45,931 nt of DNA from Octopus sinensis. Lineage: Eukaryota. Positions 25,975 through 38,390 of this stretch are shown in pieces (position 1 is the stretch's first letter; each line of letters opens with the position of its first letter). Both the position numbers and the translations under genes were made by a program. The notes under the pieces are model-generated. The model was not told the DNA's origin, searched no databases, and saw only the letters and a program-made list of their open reading frames with translations. The stretch spans positions 1 to 45,931 of the forward strand of contig NW_021834685.1 of the NCBI RefSeq assembly GCF_006345805.1, written 5' to 3'.

Positions 25975-26270
25975 TTATCGATTCATTCTCTTCATCGCCT
26001 ATCATGTCATCTGCCACATCCCCCGGGTCTGCTGCGGAAAAAGCTGAAACGGCTAAAATAAAAAAATAACAAGAACTCGGACGCCCCTCGAGACATCGGG
26101 CATCGCCGGGCCTCTAACCTCGGCCTTTATCAGCGACATTGTGAGAAAATTGGCCCATAGGACGGAAGAGCCACTCGAGGTTTTGTGGCTATTGCAGAGG
26201 ATATCCATCGCCATATTCCGTGGAAACACGCACGCGGTACTTACCGCAGGAGGGCGCGTGCTTTAGCCCC
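25975..26270 (+). mobile_element. CRE 3' end remnant (RLE C-terminal half)
   Basis: DSFSSS..PGSAAEKAETAKIKK / PLETSGIAG..LLQRISIAIFRGN. Confidence 0.8.
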
Positions 26271-26394
26271 TCGGAGATTCCCTTTTGTTCATTCCTAACT
26301 TACTTTTTATATAACAATTTTACGCATCAAAAAAAGAAAAATTAAATGAATCTTCCTCTTTTTCACAGCGGAACAGTCGACTGATATGGTCTTT

Positions 26395-26570
26395 ATTTTC
26401 TCTCGTTCATGCATGGTGCTTGGAGGTTATACGACATGCATTGTTCAACGACATCGTGAAATGAGCTATGAGGTAGTATTTCGTTCACTACTCCAACCTG
26501 TTCGGGTCGACCGTGTGGATAGGCAACATTCTGATGGGATGACCATTTTCTTTCTCAAGTGTGAAAAAAA
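26395..26570 (+). mobile_element. Degenerate CRE RLE fragment
   Basis: RHALFNDIVK / LQPVRVDRVDRQHSDGMTIF. Confidence 0.6.
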
Positions 26571-26624
26571 CGATATTATTTGTAATATAAATTAATTTAA
26601 TGAAATTCAGTCAGATCTAATTTT

Positions 26625-27135
26625 ACACGCTCTATCGTGTAGACCCAGTGCTGGCTGCATCCCGCGTCACGCGGCTCTTAACGACCTTATCAGAAGAGCC
26701 CTGGAAGTGGCCGGAATCCCCTCCCTGCTTGAACCCTCTGGGATCGATCGGGGGGACGGAAAAAGGCCTGACGGGATCACTGAGTTTCCCTTCAACAGGG
26801 GGAAGCCTCTTACCTGGGATACCACGTGTGTGGACTCTTTCTCGCCTCAGAACCTGCTGATGTCCGCATCCGCCCCTGGATCTATTGTCACAACCGCGGA
26901 ATGCAAAAAGATGCGGAAGTACTCCTCACTTACGGAGAAGTTCCAATTCCTTCCATTCGCGGTTGAGACTTCCGGTTCTTTAGACAGTAAGGCAATCAGC
27001 TTCGTTCAGGAGATCGGGTCCCGCATGTTTGCTATCACAGGCGACGCCCGCGAATCAAGATGGTTTTTCGAGCGGATATCCTTTTCGATAGTACGCTCTA
27101 ATTCTTTCTCGATCGCGTCGGCTTCCCGTCCATGA
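26625..27135 (+). mobile_element. CRE 3' end (RLE domain)
   Basis: [54 protein letters not shown]. Confidence 0.9.
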
Positions 27136-27287
27136 AGCTTTCGAACATTTGACCGAATTCTTTTTTTCGTAATAAACAAAATTAATCCGGAAAAAAAAAT
27201 TTTGACTTAAACTCTTCAAAATTTTTTAAATGCTTTTTGAAATTCTTTTAATGCCTTTTAATATTCTTTTATTGCGAGCCAATTTTT

Positions 27288-27678
27288 ATATCTATTTAAA
27301 AAAGTTTAAAAATGGGAAGGTTCTTTGTTTCCTTTATTGTCTTAGATTGGAAAAAACGCATTTGAGGCACGTTTTATTCAGCAATAATTTTGATGTAATT
27401 TTTTTGTATTATTTATTGACATCACTGGCTATTTTTATTGAGAACGCTTCTTAGAGCGTTTTATAATTTAATATTATAGCCTTTTTTGTTTTTTTTTAAA
27501 AATGAAAATGAACTAATTAAAAGTTACAAATATCATTAGTCTAAGATTGAAAAACAAATTTATTTAAATCTAAACATCAATTAGACAATTTTGACAATTA
27601 AAAAAAGTAAAAAAGTAATAATTCTCGTTTTATTATTCTAATTTTGTTTTGTGTTTTATTTCTAGTTGATTTATAGAT
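27288..27678 (+). pseudogene. Duplicate of the DDX55 last intron, last exon and downstream flank
   Basis: Colinear with ~21385-21483 plus ~21985-22310. Keeps the intron and [13 protein letters not shown]. Confidence 0.9.
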
Positions 27679-28156
27679 CCGGACGCTTTCCCCGACACGC
27701 TGCCCTGAACGACATAGTCAAGCGGACTTTTGAAACTGCCGGATTCCCATCACAGTTGGAACCAGTCGGCCTGGTTCGGGAGGATGGTAAACGTCCTGAC
27801 GGCCTAACGACTTTCCTCTTCGAAAATGACAAGTCACTCATCTGGGACGCAACTTGCACGGACACCTTCTCCGCCGGAAACATCTTTACGTCAGCCGGAG
27901 ATCCGGCTTCGCAGCAAACCTAACAGAAACGCTAAAAATCAAGAAATACAGTGCATTATTGCACCGTTATATCTTTACCCCGATCGCAGTGGAGACGTCG
28001 GGAGTCCTCGGTCACATAACTAAAAAAATCCTTATTAAACTGGGGGACCTGGCAAGCAGAAGGAGGAATGATCATCGGAAAAGGACATGGCTTTTGACGC
28101 ATATCAATAGCCATCTTGCGTGGGAATTGCCATTCTATTTTATCCTCTGCTGCTAA
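27679..28156 (+). mobile_element. CRE 3' end (RLE domain), frameshifted
   Basis: [38 protein letters not shown] / IAVETSGVLG. Confidence 0.9.
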
Positions 28157-28459
28157 TTAAATATTTATTAACAAAAAAAAATATATAACTATTCGTAAAA
28201 GCGTAATAAAATAATACACCGTGTACATAATACTAAGTTTGATTTAATAAAATTACTGTAATTGGAGCACGATTTGATCTTAATATAAAAAAGTGTCATT
28301 ACTATTTCTTTAGGGTTATGGCAGTATAATAACCATTTATCTTCAAACATTCGCATTTGCCAGCCTTTTTGTGCTCGCGGTACTTAAAACTATATTAATT
28401 AGAAATGTTTTTAAATTAAAATATTCAAGAAACTTAAAAAATATAAAAAATAATTATGA

Positions 28460-28640
28460 TAACTAATGAGACACTTGTGCATGTTTCTGTGTTCGCAAAA
28501 TTTCCAGACAGGGATAAATTTGCGACAAACATATTCAGACGTTATCTACAAGACAAAAATTTGTTTCTCTTATTTCATTTAATGTCGACAAGATAAGTGA
28601 AAGTTCGTTTAATCTTGTATTGAAATCCAAAACATATCTG
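28460..28640 (-). mobile_element. hAT (Buster/Charlie) transposase C-terminus remnant
   Basis: ERTFTYLVDIK*NKRN..ICLSQI..KHAQVSH*. Paralogous to 38735-38940. Confidence 0.7.
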
Positions 28641-28856
28641 TCGACAATTTAACAAAACTAAAAAAATTTGGTTAATTACAATAAAAAAGGCTCATTCTTC
28701 AGACATAAAATTTTAATAAGTATGAAAATATGCAAAAATATGGTTGTGTAGAAAATCCAAAAATATCAAATTGTTCAAAAAAAGATTAAAATCATTTTAT
28801 ATAGGCGACAAAATGATAATCTTTATCAAAACTAGATAACTGTCACTAATCATGAC

Positions 28857-29949
28857 CAGTGTTCCCTCTAAGCTGCGCGCGTGCGCGGCCGCGCAGCAGT
28901 TTGCACCTTGCTGCGCAGCGAAATTTTTTTCTGCGCAGTAGAAAGTATAATATTAAAAATTGCTATTTTTTTTTAATTTTTTATATGAATTTATATATTC
29001 TTATTTTCATTTCAAAACGAAAACGTGTCTATAATATTGATATGAGACTTAAGAAAAATTCTCCTTCTTTTAAGCCGGAATGGTTGATAGAGTACGTCGA
29101 AACCTTAACACCAGATTCAAAAATTCCCCAACATGTGCAACTGGGTGATATTTTTAGTTTTTCCGAAGACTGCGGAGTTGAAAATTCTCATTGACAATGA
29201 AATTTACTGGAGTGACAGTGTGAAGATGTTGTTATCAACAACTGGTTATGGAGATACAAATACAGATGAAATCCTATGCTTTATCGAGCATGTTTATCTG
29301 CATTTACAAGAAAGATTTCCAGCTGACGAATTAAGAGAATGGGTAGCATTTGACACTCAAGCAATTCAAAATCAGACAAACTTTGAATTTGGAAAAGAGG
29401 AGATATTAAATTAACGAAAAAATATGAAAATTTACTCTCTTCAGAAGTCCCACTCATAAAACTGCAGTCGGAATATACAGATCTCAAGTTTATTTTAAAA
29501 GAAAAACTGCACTCTGGTGCTTTGAAAACATTTGAAGATGTAATTTACTATATACTAGCGGAGAAAAAATTTTCAGCCACTGCAACATTTGTGGATATTT
29601 GTGGCACATTTCAAGCGTCGAGTGCTGATGCTGAACGTGGATTTAGTTTGATGAACTGTATCAAAACTAAACTACGTAATAGACTTGAGATTGACCATTT
29701 GGAGATGATCATGCGAATCAAGTTCTATTTAACAAGTGGGAATACAGTGGATCTTGATCGAGTATACAAATTTTGGATACAAAATAAAAACAGAAGAGAA
29801 TATCCAATTGACTAGACCTATTTTTTTAACCATTGGTTTTTTAATTGTAAAATTTTTCCCCCCAAAATTTTTTGCACACGTCACTTTATAACGCTGCACA
29901 ATGCAATGTGCCCAGCGCGCATAGCTACCACTCGCTTGAGGGAACACTG
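28857..29949 (+). mobile_element. Non-autonomous hAT, 1093 bp, same family as 13256-13814
   Basis: Same TIR. Perfect TSD ATCATGAC (28849-28856, 29950-29957). Retains the dimerisation domain SSADAERGFSLMNCIKTKLRNRL. Confidence 0.97.
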
Positions 29950-31264
29950 ATCATGACTACATTTTTAATCTAAACCGTCCTGTTACATCTTCTGAAGGTG
30001 AACCTATCCAAAGTGGTTTATAATGTAAATCCTATTGGATTTGACGTCAGATAGTAAAATAAAATTATCAAACAAAATAAATTTTATTTTAAATTAATTT
30101 TTTCAGAAATATATTGATTAATGAAAAAAATCATGCAAAATGTATAAAAGTTAACAACTAAGCTTAATATTGCTTTGTCGAAATTGGTATAAAAATTGTC
30201 AAACTTGAACTGAAAATGGTATATGTTGAGTATTTCGCCTTTTTATCGTATTTTTAGAATGTTTAATTTCCTTAATGAAAAATCTTGATCACACAAATTT
30301 TCTTATTAGACATTTTCTCCAAAAATTAAAAATGTTTTCATCTTATATCGAGATATAAACAACCGTCTATATAGATTTAAACTATTTGAAAACGGGTGTA
30401 TATTTTTTATTACAATTAAGATAATCTTAAAAAGTATTTTTGCATTCATTAAAGACGTCTCAGGTTCCGTAAAATGTATAAATAATTGCAGTTTCTCTTA
30501 TTTTATAACTTCACAGTAACCAATCATTTAGTTCGTGCAGTTACGATGCAATTATCTTTTCAAATATTCTCTGACTCTACTTAAATGATATATTTTTGGA
30601 ATATTGTTGCATTCTGTATTTCTGGGAAGTTTTTGTATCTGGTCTTGTTCTTAGTATTCAATTACTGATGATCTGCTGTTTGATTTAGTAATACATATAA
30701 GTTTAATAATACATATGAGTGGTTAATGACAAATTTTGGCAACTTTTTTGATTACAATCATCTTGTCATAGATAAAAGACTTGTAAATAATTTTTGCTTA
30801 TGTGTTTACAAACTTAAACAACTTTTTTTGATTCACTCCATATGGTAAAAGATTCTGTCATTTTTTCAAAAGTAGATAGAAAATTTTATTTTATTTGTTT
30901 GTTTTATTTTGAAAAAATATATTAGATACCCAAAACTTCTTCCTGGACGACAATTACTTCGCCCGGTGGTTCATAAAAACTAATATGGACATCTTTATTA
31001 AGATTAGATTTGAATTTTTCTTTGCTATTCGGAACTAGTGAATATAATTCTAACAAAATTTATATCTTTTGAATTGTAAATTATTTAGATTTCTTTATTC
31101 ATAGTTAATTAAAGTCATTAATTAAATGATTTTAAAATTGTATTTATTATCTGCGTCGTCCAAAAAAGATTTTCAATAAATAGGATATGTGTTACTTATT
31201 AGTAGGTTGGTACTCTGTACGTCTTCATTAATGTAAACCACCTGAATTTGTGTTCTTAGCTGAA

Positions 31265-31675
31265 TTCAAACAGACTCACAATATTAAATGTTATTTATTT
31301 AATTTTTTAAAGTTTTAAATTTATCGAATTAATTACAATGAATTATAATGTGTTAAGCACGTTATTTTATTTTCTTGTTTTGTGGTTTTGGTTGTTAATT
31401 CTTATTTCATTCTTTTTTTATAAATGTTTTATTTTTATTCTATTTTTTATTTGTTTGAAGATTAATTAAATTGACTACTGGTAAAATATCATGGATAAAG
31501 TTTATTTTGCAAGTGAATTTGTATTCATTTTATCAATTAATTAATCTTCATTTAATGCATTTTTTTAAAGTAAATTATTTTTTCCTACTATTTTATTGCT
31601 TATTTTGATCTTTTTAGTTTTTTGTCATTTGAAATTATTAATTTTTCTTTACTATTTTAGAAATTAAATATGTCT
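31265..31675 (+). repeat. Dispersed T-rich repeat, copy 1 of 3
   Basis: Shares aaaca..acaatattaaatg and gaagattaattaaattgactactggtaaaatatc with the copies at 41205 and 45378. Confidence 0.85.
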
Positions 31676-31686
31676 TTGTTTCTTTA

Positions 31687-31796
31687 CAGGGTATTTCATA
31701 AATATATCCTCTAATTTCATAAATATATCCTCTTATTCCATAAATATATCGTATAATTCATATAAATATCCTCTTATTTCATAAATATATCGTATA
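31687..31796 (+). repeat. TA-CAGGGT end plus ~21-bp repeat x5 (probable Tc1/mariner terminus)
   Basis: ATTTCATAAATATATC units from 31693, directly after TACAGGGT and downstream of the Tc1 remnant. Confidence 0.65.
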
Positions 31797-32049
31797 TTAT
31801 AAATAATAATATAATGTAGTAATTCTTGTAGTAATGTTCGTATGTCGTATACGTATATTTCAAGTTACATTAACAAAGACCAACTTTTAATTTAAAAAAC
31901 AAATGTTGATTAATTCTGTTAATAATCGCATTCACTCTATTCCAAAATGACCGGTAGTACTCGGTAAACATTTAATTAGACGAAAGCGATTGTATAACAT
32001 CTTTTAAGTTTCCTTTTAAAGCCTTCTGATTCATAGCTCTTGGACGTAT

Positions 32050-32370
32050 TCGCCTTTGTTGTCCCAAATACATTTTCGATAGGATTTAAGTCAGGTGAAT
32101 AAGGAGGTAAAAACAAATACTAAACACTATGTGTTTCGAAAAAATTAACAAAATTTGAAGAATGATGAAATTTAACATTATCTAAAATTATCACAGAATC
32201 ATCAGTGAAAATTCCTTTTGTACAACATTCATTGATAAACTCAGTAAAAATAATTGTGCTGTACGCACCATCAATTATTTTAGAAAGTTCTATTCCCATT
32301 ATGGATATTATTGAACACAACGATATATTTTTTCCCTTTGATGCAGGTTGATATAGAATCGGATCATGAT
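32050..32370 (-). mobile_element. Tc1/IS630 transposase remnant
   Basis: VIILDNVKFHHS..YLFLPPYSPDLNPIENVFG. Confidence 0.9.
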
Positions 32371-32419
32371 TTACATTAATATAAAAAAGAATGAAATAAG
32401 AATCAACAACCAAAAGCAC

Positions 32420-32620
32420 AACAACACAAGTTGCATCCCAAATCAGGGACTTGCCTTTCCTGGAAGGGAAGGTAGTCATCCAGGACGCTTTCCAGCACTC
32501 CGACCGAGACCGACTGGCTCTAGAGTGGAGGGGAAACCTGCCGACTCTAGTGCCTTTTTGATGACGTCATTGAGGTGAGTGTGGCGAGGAATTCTGCCAG
32601 CACTCTTCTTGTACGATGAA
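32420..32620 (-). mobile_element. CRE RLE fragment
   Basis: [38 protein letters not shown] / [10 protein letters not shown]. Confidence 0.85.
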
Positions 32621-33045
32621 TATGCAAATTTGACAATTAAGTCATTTTCCCTGAACAATTTTGCATCTTCAATATCATTTTCATCAAGAAAATTCATATA
32701 TGCATTGTGTGTTATATTTTTTGAATTTGTCTTATATTTTGTGAATTCGTAAAAATTAATAATGGACGCATTTTTGAACAATGCCGCCAGTTCTATATCA
32801 TGTTGTAAATTAATGAGTTCTAGTTGAAACTTTGCAGGCGCATCCTTAATTTCCACGCTGAATGGAGTTGCGAATATTTTCATTAAAGGAAGGAATTCTT
32901 TAAAATTCTAAAAATTAAATTTATATAAATGTACCCCAAAACGTGCTTCAAATTGATTAATGAAATCACCAATTATGGATATGTTTAACCTTAAGAATGA
33001 ATAATTGAATTTAAAAATCCTGGGGGCTGCATTTGAGAACCGCTG
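32620..33045 (-). mobile_element. hAT (Charlie/SPIN-like) fragment with 5' TIR, inserted in a CRE
   Basis: TIR CAGCGGTTCTCAAA ends at 33045 beside [26 protein letters not shown]. Confidence 0.85.
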
Positions 33046-33210
33046 GTCTAATCCAACCGGCCCCGGGACAGAAGGGAATTCAGCGGCGTTGAGCGCGCGC
33101 TTAACAATATTATTCAAGACAGCATGCCTGGGTATTCAACCGGCACTGAGGCGACAAGAGAGGGGGTGTAGGCTTCTCCTGTCAATGATTTTACCGCATC
33201 TGCACTGATG
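33046..33210 (-). mobile_element. CRE zinc knuckle and RLE start, cut by the hAT
   Basis: HQCRCGKIIDRRSLHPLSC..PRHAVLNNIVKRAL..PVGLD, then the hAT TIR. Confidence 0.85.
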
Positions 33211-33229
33211 TGACTGCCAAATCTCGATC

Positions 33230-33945
33230 CCAATGCGTAGACACAAACCAATGTGATTGTCTGATTAAATCTTTCAACTATCCCCTGACTCTGGGAATTG
33301 TTGGGTCGTCCATGAATTTAAACAATTTTGTACTCTTGACGGAGTTTTCTTATATGGTCATTCTTGAACTCCGTACTGATTGCATGTATTAACAAGGCCT
33401 GTGATCCATAAAAATTTCTTCTAATTTATTGGCAGCTTCTCTTCCATCACAACTTCAAGATGTTTACGTCGATGTGTTCGTTCAGATTCTCTCTTTTGGT
33501 GTGTATATATTGGAATCCATAAAGACTTTTCGTACTACTTTCATACCAACTTCATATCAACATCGTTAGTCTATTTTTTTCGCTTAACCATTTTTTCCGC
33601 TCCTTTGTCGGATGATTTTATTATTACACAACGATCTTCTCTGACTTTGAATATCCATTTTGAATATTTTAGTTCGATCTCTGGATTGATTTCTGTATTA
33701 TTCCAGCTTGGCTAAATTTCTCCCGTTTTTGTGAATTATACTATTGTCATTGCCTTTGATAGAAATCATTCCATTGGGTAATATTTTCAATAATACGATA
33801 ACGTTCAAATGTTCATTTAAAGCGTCTTTACGTGTTTTCTTATTGTTGTCTACATGTATTCTTTTAATAACTTTGTCTCCAATTTTAAAAATTGGAATGT
33901 CTTTATTCCACATTCGCTTTTTTATCATCGTTTTCAGTACGAGCA
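33230..33945 (-). mobile_element. Retroviral-type integrase remnants (Gypsy or Ginger/KRBA2-like)
   Basis: TEFKNDHI..IHGRPNNSQSQGIVERFNQT (33230-33440) and FKIGDKV (33698-33945). The pieces are out of normal order. Confidence 0.65.
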
Positions 33946-33954
33946 TTGACTGGC

Positions 33955-34325
33955 ATGGGCGCAGAAGCCATAAAGACATTAAAAAGCGTGGGACTCACTA
34001 CAGTTCCCTGAGGGACCCCGCGAAGGACTTGTGATTTTAGAAAAGTCCCACTGATGCCGCACGACCTGTCCGCGATATTCAAGGAACCCTGACAGCCAGC
34101 GCCTTAAATACGGAGAAACCCCCATGTGGCGAGCGAGCTCCGGATGCCGTTGTGCCACACCCAGTCGAAGGCCTTTTCAATGTCAAGACTAACTAACATA
34201 CCACAATCTTTCTTCTGGAGTGCGCACTTCATCTCAGTGGACACCTTCCACAAGCAGTCTCCACACGAACGACTCTCCCTGAAGCCCCATTGGAACTCGA
34301 GAGGTGAAAAAAAGTGGACATCTTA
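33955..34325 (-). mobile_element. LINE reverse transcriptase fragment
   Basis: QWGFRESRSC..LDIEKAFDWVWHNG..GVPQGTVVSPTLFNVF. Confidence 0.9.
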
Positions 34326-34440
34326 ACTTGTGAAGGATCTTGAGGACGGAAAAGTGGTTTCTCATGTGGAAAATGCTTGATTTTATATAATTTCGGCATC
34401 AGAAATTAACAAAAGGAAAACGAAGTGCATCGTCGACTAA

Positions 34441-35504
34441 TGAACGACCCTTGTTAGTCCGAAAAATTCAAATCGACTTTCCCTTGGGATTTCTTGTGAA
34501 AAGCAATTCGAACAAGAACTTGATTTGATGACAATTTGAATTGCATCAAATAAAGTGGTTGAGCTAATATCGTAACTCTCCTTGACCTGGCCATCGTAAC
34601 TCTCATTCAACATTAAGTATGATATCTTCAACAGTGTATTCTTCTTGAAACATTGCAATCATTTCATTGTCATCAATGACTTTTTCTGTTTGAAGCATAT
34701 CTTTTTCAATCATAATTTGGTGTAGCCCATTATTTTGTGTCAGCATAAGACTAATCAAAACTTTGAATAATTCCAACTTTTTTGACACAATTACTGATAG
34801 TTTCTTGTTTGAAATTTTCTTAGGCTTCGTTAAATAACAATATTTCATGTCTAAGATTAACAAAAAAGACCAATGATTGATCAAGCGAGTTCATATAATC
34901 AACCACTAATTTTTTTCTGTAATGATGCTTTAGATTTTTTATTATTCCTGCATCCATTGATTGAAGATGAGCAGTTGAGTTCTTTGGAAGCTTTATAACT
35001 TCAATGTTTGGAAAATTGTTCTTCAAAATGTGACCTGGCGCCTCATAAAGAAGTAAATAAAATTTTTTGTTATATCGCAATTAAAAAAATAACTGGTCAT
35101 CCAAGTTTTCGAATTTTCATAATAATGACGATATTTTACAACATTAAATCCTTTGAAACACTTTGATTTCTTACTGTGCCCAAGAACAAAAGTTATCATT
35201 TTAATTGATCCAGTTCATTAAAACATAAAGCAACAGTTATTCGAACTTTAGATTGTTTTACGCCTTTTCTTTACTTAATAAAATTGTTATTGTAGGAAAT
35301 GCTTGAAAAAAGGTCCTGTTTCATCCACATTTAGTATAATCTCTGGGTCAATTAATCCGAAATTCTATTAATTCTAGCGTTCGGATTGCGGATTATTGAA
35401 TTTTCGGAGCATTGAATCAAATTTGGCAGGAAAAAGCTAGAACATTTATAACTTCAATTAAAAAAATTCGGATTATTGAAGTTCAGATTAACAAGGGTTG
35501 ACTG
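34441..35504 (-). mobile_element. Tigger/pogo element with degenerate TIRs
   Basis: TA-CAGTCAACCCTTGTTAATCTGAA at the right end, a related copy near 34445. NVDETG and LPKNSTAHLQSMDAGIIKNLKHHYRK. Confidence 0.85.
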
Positions 35505-35659
35505 TATGTTGTTTCTGAAGAATTAAATAATTCAATCATCTTAGCAACGTATCTTTGGCCCGGGATATGTCAGATTACAAAAAAATGTTTGACGGAATAC
35601 ATTAACGTAAAATAATTGATTTGTCTGGCAAGTAATATGAGGGGGACATCATTAATATG

Positions 35660-36470
35660 AGGAGGAACCAACGGTTATAAAAACCCTCATCAGAACAAAA
35701 AGTAGCCGTTTGTTTGAGAAAGACATTATCTGAACAAGGAGGAGTACGAAGCTATCTAAATTGGGACTTTAAACCTCGAGGATGTTTTTAAAAAAACGTG
35801 GTGAAATTAGCAAAGATGCGAAACTCGAAGCCTGGAAGGCTAAACCTTTTCAAAAGAAAGTCAATCCCGATTAAATACGTTTATGATAAAATGCAGCATT
35901 CGGTCACTTCCACAGTCCGCACAAAAAGTGGAAAGATTGTTCAGAAAAAGATTTTTTTGACTGAACAGGAGCTCAAAGCACTGAATGAAGGGAAGGTAAC
36001 GTTAGAGGAGATTATGAGGAAAAAAACATTTTTGAGCAAAACGACAAGTTCCTCGACTAGAAACAAGAAAAAACAGTAAAATCAAAGGAAAAAGTCATAA
36101 AACAGCAATTTTTTATCAAAAGGTCCTCAAGACAATCACAGAAACTATTCGGACAAAAAGTGGTCGACTTGTCAAAAAAAGTTGTCATTGACCGAAGAGG
36201 AACTCAGATGAAAAGTCTTAATTTGTAAGCAAAAACGCATCACATAAGCTGAAAGAAAGCTAAAAAAATATTCGCAAGAAGTCGATAAAAAAACTGGCGA
36301 CAATAATTGTGAGGACCAAATCTGGAAGAGTGTAGAATTCTCAAAAGATGTTTAGTTTGTTAAAAAGGAGATCATCATGACAACAGAAGAGTACGACAAT
36401 TATGTGAATAGTGGTTTACAGAAGAGGGTCCTCCGTCAGTTGTTGGGCTTGGATAACAATATTGATATAA
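35660..36470 (+). pseudogene. Repeat protein with four (I/V)RTKSG-type modules, frameshifted; function unknown
   Basis: Four homologous motifs near 35690, 35920, 36140 and 36305, and a 26-nt phase-0 GT-AG intron in module 4. Confidence 0.6.
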
Positions 36471-37611
36471 TAAACGTTTCAAAAAAAATTAATTGTGAAA
36501 ATTAATTCAAATAAATGTATTTCAATACGGATGTAACCTTTTCGGTCTTTTATTAAATACTCATTTCAGAACGAGACCATCGAAGACAAGCCAATAAACG
36601 AATTGCTCAACTCCAACAATTTTTTTGGATATCAGTAATACTCAATTTGATTTTCAGTGAACAAAATGCAGCGATCACGTTGAATTTCCGGAAGTCGAGG
36701 ACAACTGCCTGGTCATAAGTGTCTCTGAAGACTTATAAAAACGCATCTTCCCCTTCGAGAGAGGTCACTTTGGTGTTATCCACAGAAGACGTGACAATCC
36801 TGACTCATTACAAGTTGGTAGACTCGACAAAGATTGAACGAATCGCGAAAGGATTTCTTTCATAAAATTTGTCAAAGAAATCAGTGATTAACGGGAATTT
36901 ATGCCCGAGGTTGTGTTGAGTGTAGACTGCCATGTGTGCCATAAAAAATCAGTTCGTCAATCTCGAGTTGGAACAGAAAGAATACGCCATGAAGGTTGTC
37001 TGCTATCTAAAATGGGCAGGTTATAAAAATTGGACTCGAGCGAAATCTGTTTCAGGAAATTCACAGTCCTGGCGACCTTGGTCGAACGAGTGATACAAAT
37101 GGAGTGAGGAAGCCATAAATTCACAAACTAGCGCTTACTGCCGAGATTTTATCTAGTTGTGCCGACTGTACGACATTGAGCGTAAAATGAATTTGTACTA
37201 TTCGCTTTTCTACTGATTTTGACGTGTGGTTCTATTCTGATGAGACAGGTCGGCCATTTTCGCGAAGGACTCAGAGAGATTGCAATCCTCTTGATTTTTC
37301 ATCAAGTCGAAATACACGATTTTATAAAGAGAATAACAAAATTATTTTTTAGTGTGTGAAGAATGTAAACGTAGGAAAGTCCCTTTTTTAAATATCTAAT
37401 TTATTAATAAAACTAATAAAATTTAATGCACGTTATTAAATAAATTCACATTTTATTGACAGGGGTGGAATATTTATGTCTGGTCCATAGTATGTCTGAG
37501 TTGGTTACTAATTATTTGATAGCGTACAACCTCCTCATTTGTACAGAGCACTGCTGTATAACACTACTAGAAAAGTTTCCGACACATACTTTGACTTTGA
37601 TTGAAGTACTC

Positions 37612-38200
37612 TATTTAAAAACCGTAGAACTTGACGGGTACTTTTTTAATCCTGATACAAATTTCTACTATAATATTGAGGCTAAATCTTTTGGACAAGT
37701 CATGTCTTGTCGTTTCCAAAATTCAAATTCACGAGATGATGAACATCGGCTATTCGTTGGCCTGCAATAATAAATTGACATTAGCCCATTTTGACTACCT
37801 TTTACTTCACGATTTTTCTGAAAACTACTTCAAGTCGACAAACGGAGCCAACGGAGTCGCTTTTGAGGTTCGAGCCAATCCTTAAAAACAAGGGAGAACA
37901 TATTCTTTACTCAGTCAGTTCACGTGACTCGACGGTTCAAATATTTGACTTGAGATGTCATGGGAACGAGAAATGCGTTTATTTTATTTTTAAGGGATTT
38001 TTCGGTTCTCGTTATCAGCAATATCAGTTGGAGGCAACAACGAGTCCTCGAGTGCTGTGTGGATCTCATTCTCAGTTGTTTTCTTATGATTTTCGTTTCC
38101 CTTCTCGTATTTTGTCAACGTTCCGAGGCCATTCTAGTTCGAAGTTTAAGGGGAGTATTTTTGAATATGACGAGAGCTGTAATTTGGTCACTTCTAGTAG
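37612..38200 (+). pseudogene. DCAF4/WDR21-like WD40 protein, frameshifted
   Basis: VELDGYFFNPDTNFYYNI (resembles LPGFYFDPEKxRYF), LFVG, VQIFDLR, TFRGH. Confidence 0.4.
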
Positions 38201-38390
38201 TATTGTGGTGATATTGTGGCAGTTGATGAGTTTGGGTATTCATACTTTGTAAATTATTGTTTATTTTTTTATCTCTTTTTACGCTTCATGGATACATCGA
38301 CTGTAAAAAAGCGTATTTAAAATTATATTTGACAAGGAAAGATCTTTGCAGAAATCTTTCTTAGAGCAATTCAAATAGAAAATGTACAAG

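Noticed and set aside
31693-31796. CRISPR-like array
   Set aside because: Simple tandem repeat without spacers, attached to a Tc1/mariner-type end.
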